Shown piece after piece: positions 18,301 to 35,800 of a DNA stretch of 64,000 nt; position 1 is the stretch's first letter; every line of letters begins with the position of its first letter. The translations under genes and the position numbers were made by a program. The DNA lies in assembly GCF_006345805.1 (NCBI RefSeq), contig NC_042998.1:205902001-205966000 (forward strand). Direction: 5' to 3'. The notes beneath the pieces are model-generated. The model was not told the DNA's origin, ran no database searches, and saw only the letters and a list, made by a program, of their open reading frames with translations. Origin of the DNA: Octopus sinensis. Lineage: Eukaryota.

Positions 18301-21221
18301 GTACATACATACATGCATGCATACATACAATCAAAAATACATACGTACGTACATACATACGTACTTGCATGCATACATACATACACATACATTCATACAC
18401 ACATACATACACACATACATACACACATACATACATGCATATATACAAACATCCATACATTCATAGATACATGAATACATACATACATACACACACACAC
18501 AAACATATACATACATACATACATACACACATACATACACACATACTCACATACATATATGCATACATACATACATACAACCATGCATACATACAAGAAC
18601 ACATACATACATACACACATACATACACACATACATACTTACAAACATAGACACATACATACATGCATACATACATACATGCATACATACATGCATACAT
18701 ACATGCATACGTACATGAATACATACATACAATATACATACACACATACATACATACACACATACATACATACGCATATACATGCATATGTGCGTATATA
18801 CATACACACATACATACATACATGCATACATACATGAATACATACATACATATGTACATACACACATACATACATACGTACCCACATACAGACATACAGC
18901 CATACATACATACATACCTACATACATACATGATTACATACATTCATACATACATACACACATACACACATACAAACATACATACATAAACACATACATG
19001 CATCCATACATGATTACTTACATACATACGTACTTACATTCATACACACATACATACATGCATGCATGCATACATACATACATACATACATACACACATA
19101 AATACATACACACATACATACATGCATACATACATTAATACATACATACACACATACATACATACATGCATGCGTGAATACATACATATATACATTCATA
19201 CATAAGTTCATACATACATGAATACATACATACATATCAACACATACACACATACCTACATACACACATACATATATACACACATATATACATACACACA
19301 TACACACATACAGACATGCATACATACATACATGCATACGTACAAACAAACATACATACGTACATACGTACAGACATACATTCATGCATACATACATACA
19401 TACACAGACACATACATGCATGCATATATACATGCATACATACATTCATAGATACGTATATACATACATACACATTCACACACATACAAATACATACATA
19501 CATACACACATATAAACCCACAGACACACATACATACATGCAAACATACATACATCCATGCTTACATACATTAATACACACATATTACATGAATACATAC
19601 ATACATACACATATACATACATACAGACATACATGAACACATACATGCATACTTGCATACATAAATACATGCATGCATACATACATGAATACATACATAC
19701 ATACATACATGCATGCATGCATAAATGCATACATACATACGTACGTACGTAGGTACATACATACATATACACATATATGCATACATACATACAAACATAC
19801 GTACGTACATACATATATGAATGCATGCATGCATCCATACACACATACATGCATGTATACATGCATACATATGTATGTACGTACATACATACATACATAC
19901 GTACGTACATACATACATAGATTTATACATGCATGCATACATACATACATACATAATACATGAGTACGTACGTACGTACGTACATACATATATTCGGACA
20001 TACATACGTACATACAAACATGCATACATACATGAATACATTCATTCATACATACATATATGCGTACCTACATACATACATGCATGCATACATATATTTA
20101 TGCATGCATACATACATACATACATAAGTACGTACGTACATACATGCATGCATGCATACATAGGTACATACGTGCGTACATACATACATGCATTCATACA
20201 TACATAAATATATACGTACGTACGTACATACATGCGTAGGTACTTACGGAAGTACATATATACAAAGATACACATATGCATACATGCATACATGCAAACA
20301 CACATACAGTCATACATACGTACGTATGTACGTCCATAATACATACATACACTCATACATACACACATATATACATGCATACATTCATACATACATACAT
20401 ACATACATATATACATATATACATGCATGGATACATACATACGTCCGTACGTACATACATGCATGCATGCAAACATACATACATACGTACATACGTACAT
20501 ACATGCATACATACATGCATTTATAAATACATACATACATACGTACATACGTACGTACGTACGTACGTACATACATCCTTTTATATATACATACGTCCGT
20601 ACGTACATACATGCATGCATGCATACTTACATACATACATACGTACATACATGCATACATACATGGAAGCATACATACATACGTATGGACATACGTACAT
20701 ACATGCATACATACATACATACATCCATACGTACGTACATACGTACATACATACATACGTACATAGATACATAGTTACATGCATACATACATACATACAT
20801 GCAAACATACAAACATACATACATGAATACATACATACATACACACATACATACATACACACATACATACACACATACATACATGCATACATACGTACAT
20901 GAATACATACATACATACATGCATGCATGCATACATACATACATACATACATAAATTCATACATACATTCCTTCGTACATACATACACACTTACATACAT
21001 GCATGCATGCATGCATTCATACATACATACTTACATACATAAATGCATACATACATGCATGCATACATACATACATACGTACGTATGTACATACGTACGT
21101 ACATACATACATAAATACATAAATACATACATACATGCATGCATGCATACATACATACATACATCAATACTTACGTACGTACATTCGTACACACCTACGT
21201 ACATAAATACATAGATACACG

Positions 21222-21255
<34 letters not shown>

Positions 21256-22204
21256 TATATGCATACATGCATACATACATACATACATATATACATATAT
21301 GCATACATACATACATACATACGTACGTACGTACATACATATATGCTTGCATGCATGCATGCATACATACATACATGCATGCATGTATACATACATACAT
21401 ACGTATGTACGTACGTACATACATACATACATTCATACGTACGTACATAAATACATACTTTTATGCATACATACATACATACATTCATGGATACATACAT
21501 ACATACATATATACGCATAACATACATACATGCATGGATACATACATACAAACACACATACATACATATAAACGTACTTACATACACACTTACATACATA
21601 CATACATTTATACATTCATGAATGTATACATACAGACATACATACACACACACATACACATACATACAAACACACATACATACATACACACATACATACA
21701 TACACACACACACACATACGTACATGCATACATACATACACACATGCATACGTACGTATTTATGTACGTACGTACATATATGTATGTATGTATTAATGCA
21801 TGTATGTATGCTTGCATGTACGCATACATACATACATACATATATACATATATGCATACATACATACATACATACGTACGTACGTAAATATATGCTTGCA
21901 TGCATGCATGCATGCATACATACATACCTGCATGTATACATACATACATACGTATGTACGTACATTCTTACATACATACATTCATACATTCATACGTACG
22001 TACATACATACATACATTTATACATGCATGCATACATACATACATACATACATAATACATGAATACGTACGTACGTACATACATATATACGTACATACAT
22101 ACGTACATACTTACATATATGCATGCATAAATACATACATACGTACATACGTACTAAGTACATACATACATGCTTGCATGTATGCAGACATACATACATA
22201 CATG

Positions 22205-22236
<32 letters not shown>

Positions 22237-22450
22237 CATATATGCATACATACATACATACGTACGTACGTACATACATATATGCTTGCATGCATGCATG
22301 CATACATACATATATACATGCATGAATACATACACACATATGTAGTACGTACGTACATACATACATACATTCATACGGACGTACGTACATAAATACATAC
22401 TTTTTTGCATACATACATACATACATTCATGGATACATACATACATACAT
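9701..22450 (+). repeat. Degenerate (TACA)n satellite, block 2
   Basis: Same word composition, richer in TACG/CGTA and TGCA; recurrent landmark motifs such as gtccataatac, taatacatgagtac, cctgcatgg, catccatccatcca. Confidence 0.98.
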
Positions 22451-24660
22451 ATGTATGTATGCATGTATGTACCTATGTCCGTACGTATGTATGTATGCAT
22501 GTATGTACGTATGTATGTATGTATGTATGCATGCATGCATGCATGTATGTACGTACGGACGTATATATATATAAAAGGATGTATGTACGTACGTACGTAC
22601 GTATGTACGTATGTATGTATGTATAAATGCATGTATGTATGCATGTATGTACGTGTGTATGTATGTTTGCATGCATGCATGTATGTACGTACGGACGTAT
22701 GTATGTATCTATGCATGTATATACTTATATATGCATGTAGGTATGTATGTATGAATGTATGCATGTATATGTGTGTGTGTATGAGTGTATGTATGTATTA
22801 TAGACGTACATACGTACGTATGTTTGACTGTATGTGTGATTGCATGTATGCATGTATGCATGTGTGTATCTTTGTATGTATGTACTTACGTAAGTCCCTA
22901 CGTACGTATGTATGTACTTACGTACGTATATATGTATGTCTGTATGAATGCATATATGCATGTACGCACGTATGTACGTATGTATGCATGCATGCATATA
23001 TGTACGTACGTACTTATGTATGTATGTATGTAGGCATGTATGTATGTATGCATGCATAAATATATGTATGCATGCATGTATGTATGTACGTACGTATATA
23101 TGTATGTATGTATGCATTTATTCATGTATGTATGCATGTACGTATGTATGTATGTATGCATATATGTATGTACGTATGTATGTCCGTATATATGTATGTA
23201 CGTACATACGTACGTACGTACTCATGTATTATGTATGTATGTATGCATGCATGCATGTATAAATGTATGTATGTATGTACGTACGTATGTATGTATGTAT
23301 GTACGTACATACGTATGTATGCATGTATACATGCATGTATGTATGTATGCATGCATGCATGCATTCATATATGTATGTACGTACGTATGTATGTATTCAT
23401 ATATGTGTATATGTATGTATGTATGTACCTACGTACGTACGTCTGTATGCATTTATGCATGCATGCATGTATGTATGTATGTAAGTATTCATGTATGTAT
23501 GCATGTATGTATTTATGTATGCAAGTATGCATGTATGTGTGTATGTATGTCTGTATGTATGTATATGTGTATGTATGTATGTATTCATGTAATATGTGTG
23601 TATTAATGTATGTAAGCATGGATGTATGTATGTGTGTATGTATGTATGTATTTGTATGTGTGTGAGTGTGTATGTATGTATGTAGGTATGTATGAATGTA
23701 TGTATGTATGTCTATATGCATGTATGTATGTATGTGTGTATGTATGTATGTATGCATGCATGTATGTATGTACGTACGTACGTATGTATGTATGTTTGTA
23801 TGTACGCATGCATGTATGTATGTATGCATGCATGCATGTATGTATGTATGTATGTATGTATGTATGTACGTACTTATGTACATACGTACTTATGTACATA
23901 CGTACGTATGTATGTATGCATGCATGCATGTATGTATGCATGTATGTATGTAAGTATGTATGTATGAATGCATGCATGCATGTATGTATGTGTGTATGTA
24001 TGTACGAAGGCATGTATGTATGAATTTATGTATGTATGTATATATGTATGTATGCATGCATGCATGTATGTATGTATTCATGTATGTATGTATGCATGTA
24101 TGTATGTGTGTATGTATGTGTGTATGTATGTATGTGTGTATGTATGTATGTATTCATGTATGTATGTTTGTATGTTTGCATGTATGTATGTATGTATGCA
24201 TGTATCTATGTATCTATGTACGTATGTATGTATGTACGAACGTACGTACGTATAGATGTATGCATGCATGCATGAATGTACGTACGGACGTATATATATA
24301 TATAAGGATGTATGTACGTACGTACGTATGTACGTACATACGTATGTACGTATGTATGTGTGTATGTATAAATGCTTGTATGTATGCATGTATGTACGTA
24401 TGTACGTATGTATGTATTTTTGCATGCATGCATGTATGTACATACGGACGTATGTATGTATCTATGCATGTATATATGTATATATGTATATATGCATGTA
24501 TATATGTATGTATGAATATAAGCATGTATATCTGTGTGTGTCTATGTGTGTATGTATGTATTATGGACGTACATACGTACGTATGTATGACTGTATGTGT
24601 GTTTGCATGTATGCATGTATACATGTCTGTATCTTTGTATGTATGTACTTATGTAAGTCC
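22451..24660 (-). repeat. Inverted satellite block (reads ATGT on +), copy 1
   Basis: Strand polarity switches at atacatacat|atgtatgtat (22450/22451) and back at gtaagtcc|ctgtatacatac (24660/24661); landmarks appear as reverse complements (gtactcatgtatta, ttatggacgtac). Confidence 0.95.
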
Positions 24661-27420
24661 CTGTATACATACAGACATACATACACACACACACATACAC
24701 ATACATACATACACACATACATCATACACACATACATACTTACACACATACACACATACGTACATGCATACATACATACATGCATACATACATGAATACA
24801 TACATACATACATACATGAATACATACGTAGATACAAACATACATACATAAACATATTTATGCATACATGCATACGTACACACATACATACATACATGGA
24901 TGCATACATACATACATATATGCATGCATGCATACATACATGCATTCATGTATGCATGCATATATACATATATACATATATACATGCATTCATACATACA
25001 TACATACGTCCGTACGTACATACATGCATGCATACATACGTACATACATGCATACATACATGCATTTATACACACGTACATACATACATACATACGTATA
25101 TACGTACGTACGTACATACATACTTACATACATATGTACGTCCGTACGTACATACATGCATGCATGCATACATACATACATACATATATACATACATATA
25201 TACATACGTACATACATGCATACATACATGCATGCATACATACATACGTACGTACATACATAAATACATACTTGCATACATACATACATACATACATACA
25301 TCCATACGTACATACGTACGTACATACATAGATACGTGCATACATACATACATACATGCATACATGCATACATATATGAATACATACATACACACATACA
25401 TACATACACACATTCATGCATTCATACATACATATATACATGAATACATATATACATACATGCATGCATACATACATACATACGTACATAAATTCATACA
25501 TACATGTCTTCGTACATTCATACGCACATACATACATGCATGCATGCATGCATTCATACATACATACATACGTACATACATGCATACATCCATGCGTGCA
25601 TACATACATACCATACATACATACGTACGTACATACATACATACATACACATACCTCCATACGTACGTACGTACATATATACACACATACGTACATGCAT
25701 ACATACATACAAACATACATACATGTATGCATTCATGAATACATGCATACATACATGCATACATACATACATACATACATACATACATACATACATACAT
25801 ACATACATGCATGCATGCTTACCTATATACAGACGTTCATACATACATGCATGCATACATACATACATACAAACATATATACGTACGTACATACATACAT
25901 ACATACATACATGCATGCATACATACATACACACATACATACATACACACACATACATGCATATGTACATACATACGTTCATACATACATGAAGTCTTGC
26001 ATACATACAAACACACATACACATACATACACACATACATACATGCACGCATAACACATACATACGTACATACATACACACATAAATACAGACACACATA
26101 CATATACACATACATGCATGCATCGTACACATACATACATACATACATACATACATACATACATACATCATACTTCATGCATACATACATACACACATAC
26201 ATACACACATACATACACACACACATATATACACACATACATGCATGCATACATACATACATACATTAATAAATACATACATACATACATACATTCATAC
26301 GAACGTACATATATGCATGCATGCTTGTATACATACATAAATGCATGCATGCATACGTACATACATACATGCATACATACATACATACCTACGTAAGTAC
26401 GTACGTACAGACATGCATGCATGCATGCATATATACATACATACATACATGCTTACATACTTACTTACGTACATACAAACCTGCATGGAGGGAATACATA
26501 CATACATACATGCATACATACAAACATACATACGTACGTACGTACTTACATGCATGCATACATACATACATACACACATACATACATACACACATACACA
26601 CATACGTACACACATACATACATATATGCATATATACATACATACATACATTCATACATACATGAATACATACATACATACACACTCACACACATAGATA
26701 AATATACATACATACACACATACATACATACACACATACATACCCACATACATACATGCATACATACTTTAATACATATATACTTACATGAATACATACA
26801 TACATACATACATACATACACACATACACACATACATACACACATTCATACATGCGTACATGCATACATGCATACATACATGAAAACTTACATACATACA
26901 TACACACATACATACATACACACACACACACATACGTACATGCATACATACATACACACATGCATACGTACGTATTTATGTACGTACGTACATATATGTA
27001 TGTATGTATTAATGCATGTATGTATGCTTGCATGTACGCATACATACATACATACATATATACATATATGCATACATACATACATACATACGTACGTACG
27101 TAAATATATGCTTGCATGCATGCATGCATGCATACATACATACCTGCATGTATACATACATACATACGTATGTACGTACATTCTTACATACATACATTCA
27201 TACATTCATACGTACGTACATACATACATACATTTATACATGCATGCATACATACATACATACATACATAATACATGAATACGTACGTACGTACATACAT
27301 ATATACGTACATACATACGTACATACTTACATATATGCATGCATAAATACATACATACGTACATACGTACTAAGTACATACATACATGCTTGCATGTATG
27401 CAGACATACATACATACATG

Positions 27421-27452
<32 letters not shown>

Positions 27453-27666
27453 CATATATGCATACATACATACATACGTACGTACGTACATACATATATG
27501 CTTGCATGCATGCATGCATACATACATATATACATGCATGAATACATACACACATATGTAGTACGTACGTACATACATACATACATTCATACGGACGTAC
27601 GTACATAAATACATACTTTTTTGCATACATACATACATACATTCATGGATACATACATACATACAT
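24661..27666 (+). repeat. Degenerate (TACA)n satellite, block 3
   Basis: TACA polarity restored between the two inverted blocks. Confidence 0.95.
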
Positions 27667-29882
27667 ATGTATGTATGCATGTATGTACCTATGTCCGTAC
27701 GTATGTATGTATGCATGTATGTACGTATGTATGTATGTATGTATGCATGCATGCATGAATGTACGTACGGACGTATATATATATATAAAAGGATGTATGT
27801 ACGTACGTACGTACGTATGTACGTATGTATGTATGTATAAATGCATGTATGTATGCATGTATGTACGTGTGTATGTATGTTTGCATGCATGCATGTATGT
27901 ACGTACGGACGTATGTATGTATCTATGCATGTATATACTTATATATGCATGTAGGTATGTATGTATGAATGTATGCATGTATATATGTGTGTGTGTATGA
28001 GTGTATGTATGTATTATAGACGTACATACGTACGTATGTTTGACTGTATGTGTGATTGCATGTATGCATGTATGCATGTGTGTATCTTTGTATGTATGTA
28101 CTTACGTAAGTCCCTACGTACGTATGTATGTACTTACGTACGTATATATGTATGTCTGTATGAATGCATATATGCATGTACGCACGTATGTACGTATGTA
28201 TGCATGCATGCATATATGTACGTACGTACTTATGTATGTATGTATGTAGGCATGTATGTATGTATGCATGCATAAATATATGTATGCATGCATGTATGTA
28301 TGTACGTACGTATATATGTATGTATGTATGCATTTATTCATGTATGTATGCATGTACGTATGTATGTATGTATGCATATATGTATGTACGTATGTATGTC
28401 CGTATATATGTATGTACGTACATACGTACGTACGTACTCATGTATTATGTATGTATGTATGCATGCATGCATGTATAAATGTATGTATGTATGTGTGTAT
28501 GTATGTATGTATGTATGTACGTACATACGTATGTATGCATGTATACATGCATGTATGTATGTATGCATGCATGCATGCATTCATATATGTATGTACGTAC
28601 GTATGTATGTATTCATATATGTGTATATGTATGTATGTATGTACCTACGTACGTACGTCTGTATGCATTTATGCATGCATGCATGTATGTATGCATGTAT
28701 GTATTTATGTATGCAAGTATGCATGTATGTGTGTATGTATGTATGTATGCATGTATGTATGTATGTATGTCTATATGCATGTATGTATGTGTATGTATGT
28801 ATGTATTCATGTAATATGTGTGTATTAATGTATGTAAGCATGGATGTATGTATGTGTGTATGTATGTATGTATTTGTATGTGTGTGAGTGTGTATGTATG
28901 TATGTAGGTATGTATGAATGTATGTATGTATGTCTATATGCATGTATGTATGTATGTGTGTATGTATGTGTGTATGTATGTATGTATGTATGTACGTACG
29001 TACGTATGTATGTATGTTTGTATGTACGCATGCATGTATGTATGTATGCATGCATGCATGTATGTATGTATGTATGTATGTATGTATGTACGTACTTATG
29101 TACATACGTACTTATGTACATACGTACGTATGTATGTATGCATGCATGCATGTATGTATGCATGTATGTATGTAAGTATGTATGTATGAATGCATGCATG
29201 CATGTATGTATGTGTGTATGTATGTACGAAGGCATGTATGTATGAATTTATGTATGTATGTATATATGTATGTATGCATGCATGCATGTATGTATGTATT
29301 CATGTATGTATGTATGCATGTATGTATGTGTGTATGTATGTGTGTATGTATGTATGTGTGTATGTATGTATGTATTCATGTATGTATGTTTGTATGTTTG
29401 CATATATGTATGTATGTATGCATGTATCTATGTATCTATGTACGTATGTATGTATGTACGAACGTACGTACGTATAGATGTATGCATGCATGCATGAATG
29501 TACGTACGGACGTATATATATATAAAAGGATGTATGTACGTACGTACGTATGTACGTACATACGTATGTACGTATGTATGTGTGTATGTATAAATGCTTG
29601 TATGTATGCATGTATGTACGTATGTACGTATGTATGTATGTTTGCATGCATGCATGTATGTACATACGGACGTATGTATGTATCTATGCATGTATATATG
29701 TATATATGTATATATGCATGTATATATGTATGTATGAATATAAGCATGTATATCTGTGTGTGTCTATGTGTGTATGTATGTATTATGGACGTACATACGT
29801 ACGTATGTATGACTGTATGTGTGTTTGCATGTATGCATGTATACATGTCTGTATCTTTGTATGTATGTACTTATGTAAGTCC
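27667..29882 (-). repeat. Inverted satellite block, copy 2
   Basis: Near-identical to 22451-24660 at an offset of ~5216-5222, with the same junction sequences. Confidence 0.95.
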
Positions 29883-32800
29883 CTGTATACATACAGACAT
29901 ACATACACACACACATACACATACATACATACACACATACATCATACACACATACATACTTACACACATACACACATACGTACATGCATACATACATACA
30001 TGCATACATACATGAATACATACATACATACATACATGAATACATACGTAGATACAACATACATACATAAACATATTTATGCATACATGCATACGTACAC
30101 ACATACATACATACATGGATGCATACATACATACATATATGCATGCATGCATACATACATTGCATTCATGTATGCATGCATATATACATACATATATACA
30201 TATATACATGCATTCATACATACATACATACGTCCGTACGTACATACATGCATGCATACATACGTACATACATGCATACATACATGCATTTATACACACG
30301 TACATACATACATACATACGTATATACGTACGTACGTACATACATACTTACATACATATGTACGTCCGTACGTACATACATGCATGCATGCATACATACA
30401 TACATACATATATACATACATATATACATACGTACATACATGCATACATACATGCATGCATACATACATACGTACGTACATACATAAATACATACTTGCA
30501 TACATACATACATACATACATCCATACGTACATACGTACGTACATACATAGATACGTGCATACATACATACATACATGCATACATGCATACATATATGAA
30601 TACATACATACACACATACATACATACACACATTCATGCATTCATACATACATATATACATGAATACATATATACATACATGCATGCATACATACATACA
30701 TACGTACATAAATTCATACATACATGTCTTCGTACATTCATACGCACATACATACATGCATGCATGCATGCATTCATACATACATACATACGTACATACA
30801 TGCATACATCCATGCGTGCATACATACATACGTACATACATACATACGTACGTACATACATACATACATACATACATACCTCCATACGTACGTACGTACA
30901 TATATACACACATACGTACATGCATACATACATACAAACATACATACATGTATGCATTCATGAATACATGCATACATACATGCATACATACATACATACA
31001 TACATACATACATACATACATACATACATACATACATGCATGCATGCTTACCTATATACAGACGTTCATACATACATGCATGCATACATACATACATACA
31101 AACATATATACGTACGTACATACATACATACATACATACATGCATGCATACATACATACACACATACATACATACACACATACATGCATATGTACATACA
31201 TACGTTCATACATACATGAAGTCTTGCATACATACAAACACACATACACATACATACACACATACATACATGCACGCATAAACACATACATACGTACATA
31301 CATACACACATAAATACAGACACACATACATATACACATACATGCATGCATACGTACATACATACATACATACATACATACGTACATACTTCATGCATAC
31401 ATACATACACACATACATACACACATACATACACACACACATACATACACACATACATGCATGCATACATACATACATACATTAATAAATACATACATAC
31501 ATACATACATTCATACGAACGTACATATATGCATGCATGCTTGTATACATACATAAATGCATGCATGCATACGTACATACATACATGCATACATACATAC
31601 ATACCTACGTAAGTACGTACGTACAGACATGCATGCATGCATGCATATATACATACATACATACATGCTTACATACTTACTTACGTACATACAAACCTGC
31701 ATGGAGGGAATACATACATACACATGCATACATACAAACATACATACGTACGTACGTACTTACATGCATGCATACATACATACATACACACATACATACA
31801 TACACACATACACACATACATACACACATACATACATATATGCATATATACATACATACATACATTCATACATACATGAATACATACATACATACACACT
31901 CACACACATAGATAAATATACATACATACATACACCATACATACATACACACATACATACCCACATACATACATGCATACATACTTTAATACATATATAC
32001 TTACATGAATACATACATACATACATACATACATACACACATACACACATACATACACACATTCATACATGCGTACATGCATACATGCATACATACATGA
32101 AAACTTACATACATACATACACACATGCATACATAAAGTCATACATACATACATGCTTGCATGCGTAAATACATACATACAAACACACGTACTAAGTACA
32201 TATATACATGCTTGCATGTATGCATACATACATACATATATACATATATGCATACATACATACTACATACGTACGTACGTACATACATATATGCTTGCAT
32301 GCATGCATGCATACATACATACATTCATGTATACATACATTCGTATGTACGTACGTACATACATACATACATTCATACGTACGTACATACATACATACAT
32401 TTATACATGCATGCATGCATACATACATACATACATACATAATACATGAGTACGTACGTACGTACGTTTATACATATATACGTACATACATACGTACATA
32501 CATATATACATGCATACATACATGAATACATACATACATACATATATACGTACGTTCATACATTTATGCATGCATACATACATTTATGCATACATACATA
32601 CATGCATACATACATATGTACGTACGTACATACATGCATGCATACATACATACATACATACATACGTACGTACATACATACATGCATTCATACATACATA
32701 CATGCATACATACATACATACATACGTACGTACGTCCATAATACATACATACATACACACATATATACATGCATACATACATACATACGTACATGCATAC

Positions 32801-35800
32801 ATACATTAATACATACATGCATATATACATGAATATATACATACAGATACACATACATACATACATACACACATACATACATACATGCATACATACATAC
32901 ATACATACATGAATACATACATGCATGCATGCATGTATACATACATACATACGTACGTACATACATATATACATGCATGCGTACATATATAGAAACATAC
33001 ATGCATTCATACATACATACAAAGATACACACATACATGCATCCATCCATCCATAGATACATACATGCATACATGCATGCATACAAACATACATACGTAT
33101 ATACATTCATGCATGCTTGCAAGCATGCATACATACATACATTAATGCATGCATACATACATACATACATACGTACGTACATACTTTCATGCATGCATAC
33201 ATACATACATACACACACACATACATACATATAAACATACTTACATACACACTTACATACATACATTTATACATTCATGTATGTATACATACAGACTTAC
33301 ATACACACACTCACACATACACATACATACACACATACATACATACATACACACATACATACATACACACATACACACATACGTACATGCATACATACAT
33401 GAATACATACATACATACATGAATACATACTTAGATACAAACATACATACATAAACACATTTATACATACATTCATACGTAGACACATACATACATACAT
33501 CCATGCATACATACATACATATATGCATGCATGCATACATACATACATTCATTCATGTATGCATGCATATATACATATATACATGCATTCACACATACAT
33601 ACATACGTCCGTACGTACATACATGCATACATACATGCATTTATACATTTATACATATATACCTACATACATACTTATATACATATATACGTCCGTCCGT
33701 ACATACATGCATGCATACATACATACATACATACGTACATATATACATACGTACATACATGCATACATACATCCATACGTACGTACGTACATAGATACGT
33801 GCATACATACATACATACATGCATGCATACATACATACGTACGTAAATACATACATACATGCCTTCGTACATAGATACATACATACATACATACATACAT
33901 ACATGCATGTATGCATTCATGCATACATGTATACATACATGCATACATACATACATACATGCATGCTTACCTATATACAGACGTACACACATACATGCAT
34001 GCATGCATACATACATACATATATACGTACGTACATACATACATATATGCATGCATACATACATACATACACACATACATACACACATACATGCATATGT
34101 ACATACATACGCTCATACATACATGAATTTTTGCATACATACACACACACACATACACATACATACACACATACATACATACATACATACACACATACAT
34201 ACACACACACATACATACACACATACATGCATGCATACATACATACATACATGAATAAATACATACATACATACTTACGTACATATATGCATGCATACAT
34301 ACATACGTACATACATGCATACATACATCCATACGTACGTACGTACATAGATACGTGCATACATACATACATACATGCATGCATACATACATACGTACGT
34401 AAATACATACATACATGCCTTCGTACATAGATACATACATACATACATACATACATGCATGTATGCATTCATGTATACATACATGCATACATACATACAT
34501 ACATACATGCATGCTTACCTATATACAGACGTACACACATACATGCATGCATGCATACATACATACATGTATACGTACGTACATACATACATACATGCGT
34601 GCATACATACATACATACACACATACATACACACATACATGCATATGTACATACATACGCTCATACATACATGAATTTTTGCATACATACACACACACAT
34701 ACACATACATACACACATACATACATACATACACACATACATACACACACACATACATACACACATACATGCATGCATACATACATACATGAATAAATAC
34801 ATACATACATACATACATACATACTTACGTACATATATGCATGCATACATACATACACACATACATATATACATGCATGCATACATATATACAAACATAC
34901 ATACGTACGTACATACATACGTACATACATACATACATACATGCATGCATACATACATACAAACATACATACGTACGTACGTACATACATACATACGTCC
35001 ATACATACATACATACATACATTCATACATGCATACATACATACATACATTCATGATTACATACATACAAACATACTTACATACATGCATGCATACATAC
35101 ATACATACATACATACGTACGTACATACATACATGAATGCATAATACATACAAGCATGCATGCATACATACATACATGCATACATACATACTTACGTACG
35201 TACATACATACATACGTATGTCCTACGTACATACATGCATACATACATACGTACATACATCATACATACATACATACATACACACATCCATACATACACA
35301 CATACATACATGCATGCATATATGAATACATACATACATACATGAATACATACATACATACACACATACAAACATACACACATACAGACATACACACATA
35401 TATGCATACTTACATACATACATGAATGCATACATACATACATACGTACATACATACATGCATGCTTGCATGCATACATACACACATTTTTGCATGCATA
35501 CATACATACATATATGCATGCATACATGCATGCATACATACATGTATGCATGCATACATACATACGTACGTACGTACATACATGAATGCATGCATACATA
35601 CATACACGCATGCATACATACATACATACATACATGCATGCATATATACATACATACGTACGTACATACATACATTCATACATGCATGCATACATACATA
35701 CACAAATACATCATTACGTACATACATACATACATTTATACATACATGAATACATACATACATATACATACATTCATATACACATACATACACACATACA

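Larger units (their letters stand above)
21681..32125 (+). repeat. ~5.2-kb head-to-tail tandem duplication (about 21681-26896 and 26897-32125)
   Basis: Identical translated ORFs at 21800..22345 and 27016..27561 and at 21990..22370 and 27206..27586 (offset 5216); shared end motif tgaaaacttacatacatacatacacacat near 26881 and 32099. Confidence 0.9.
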
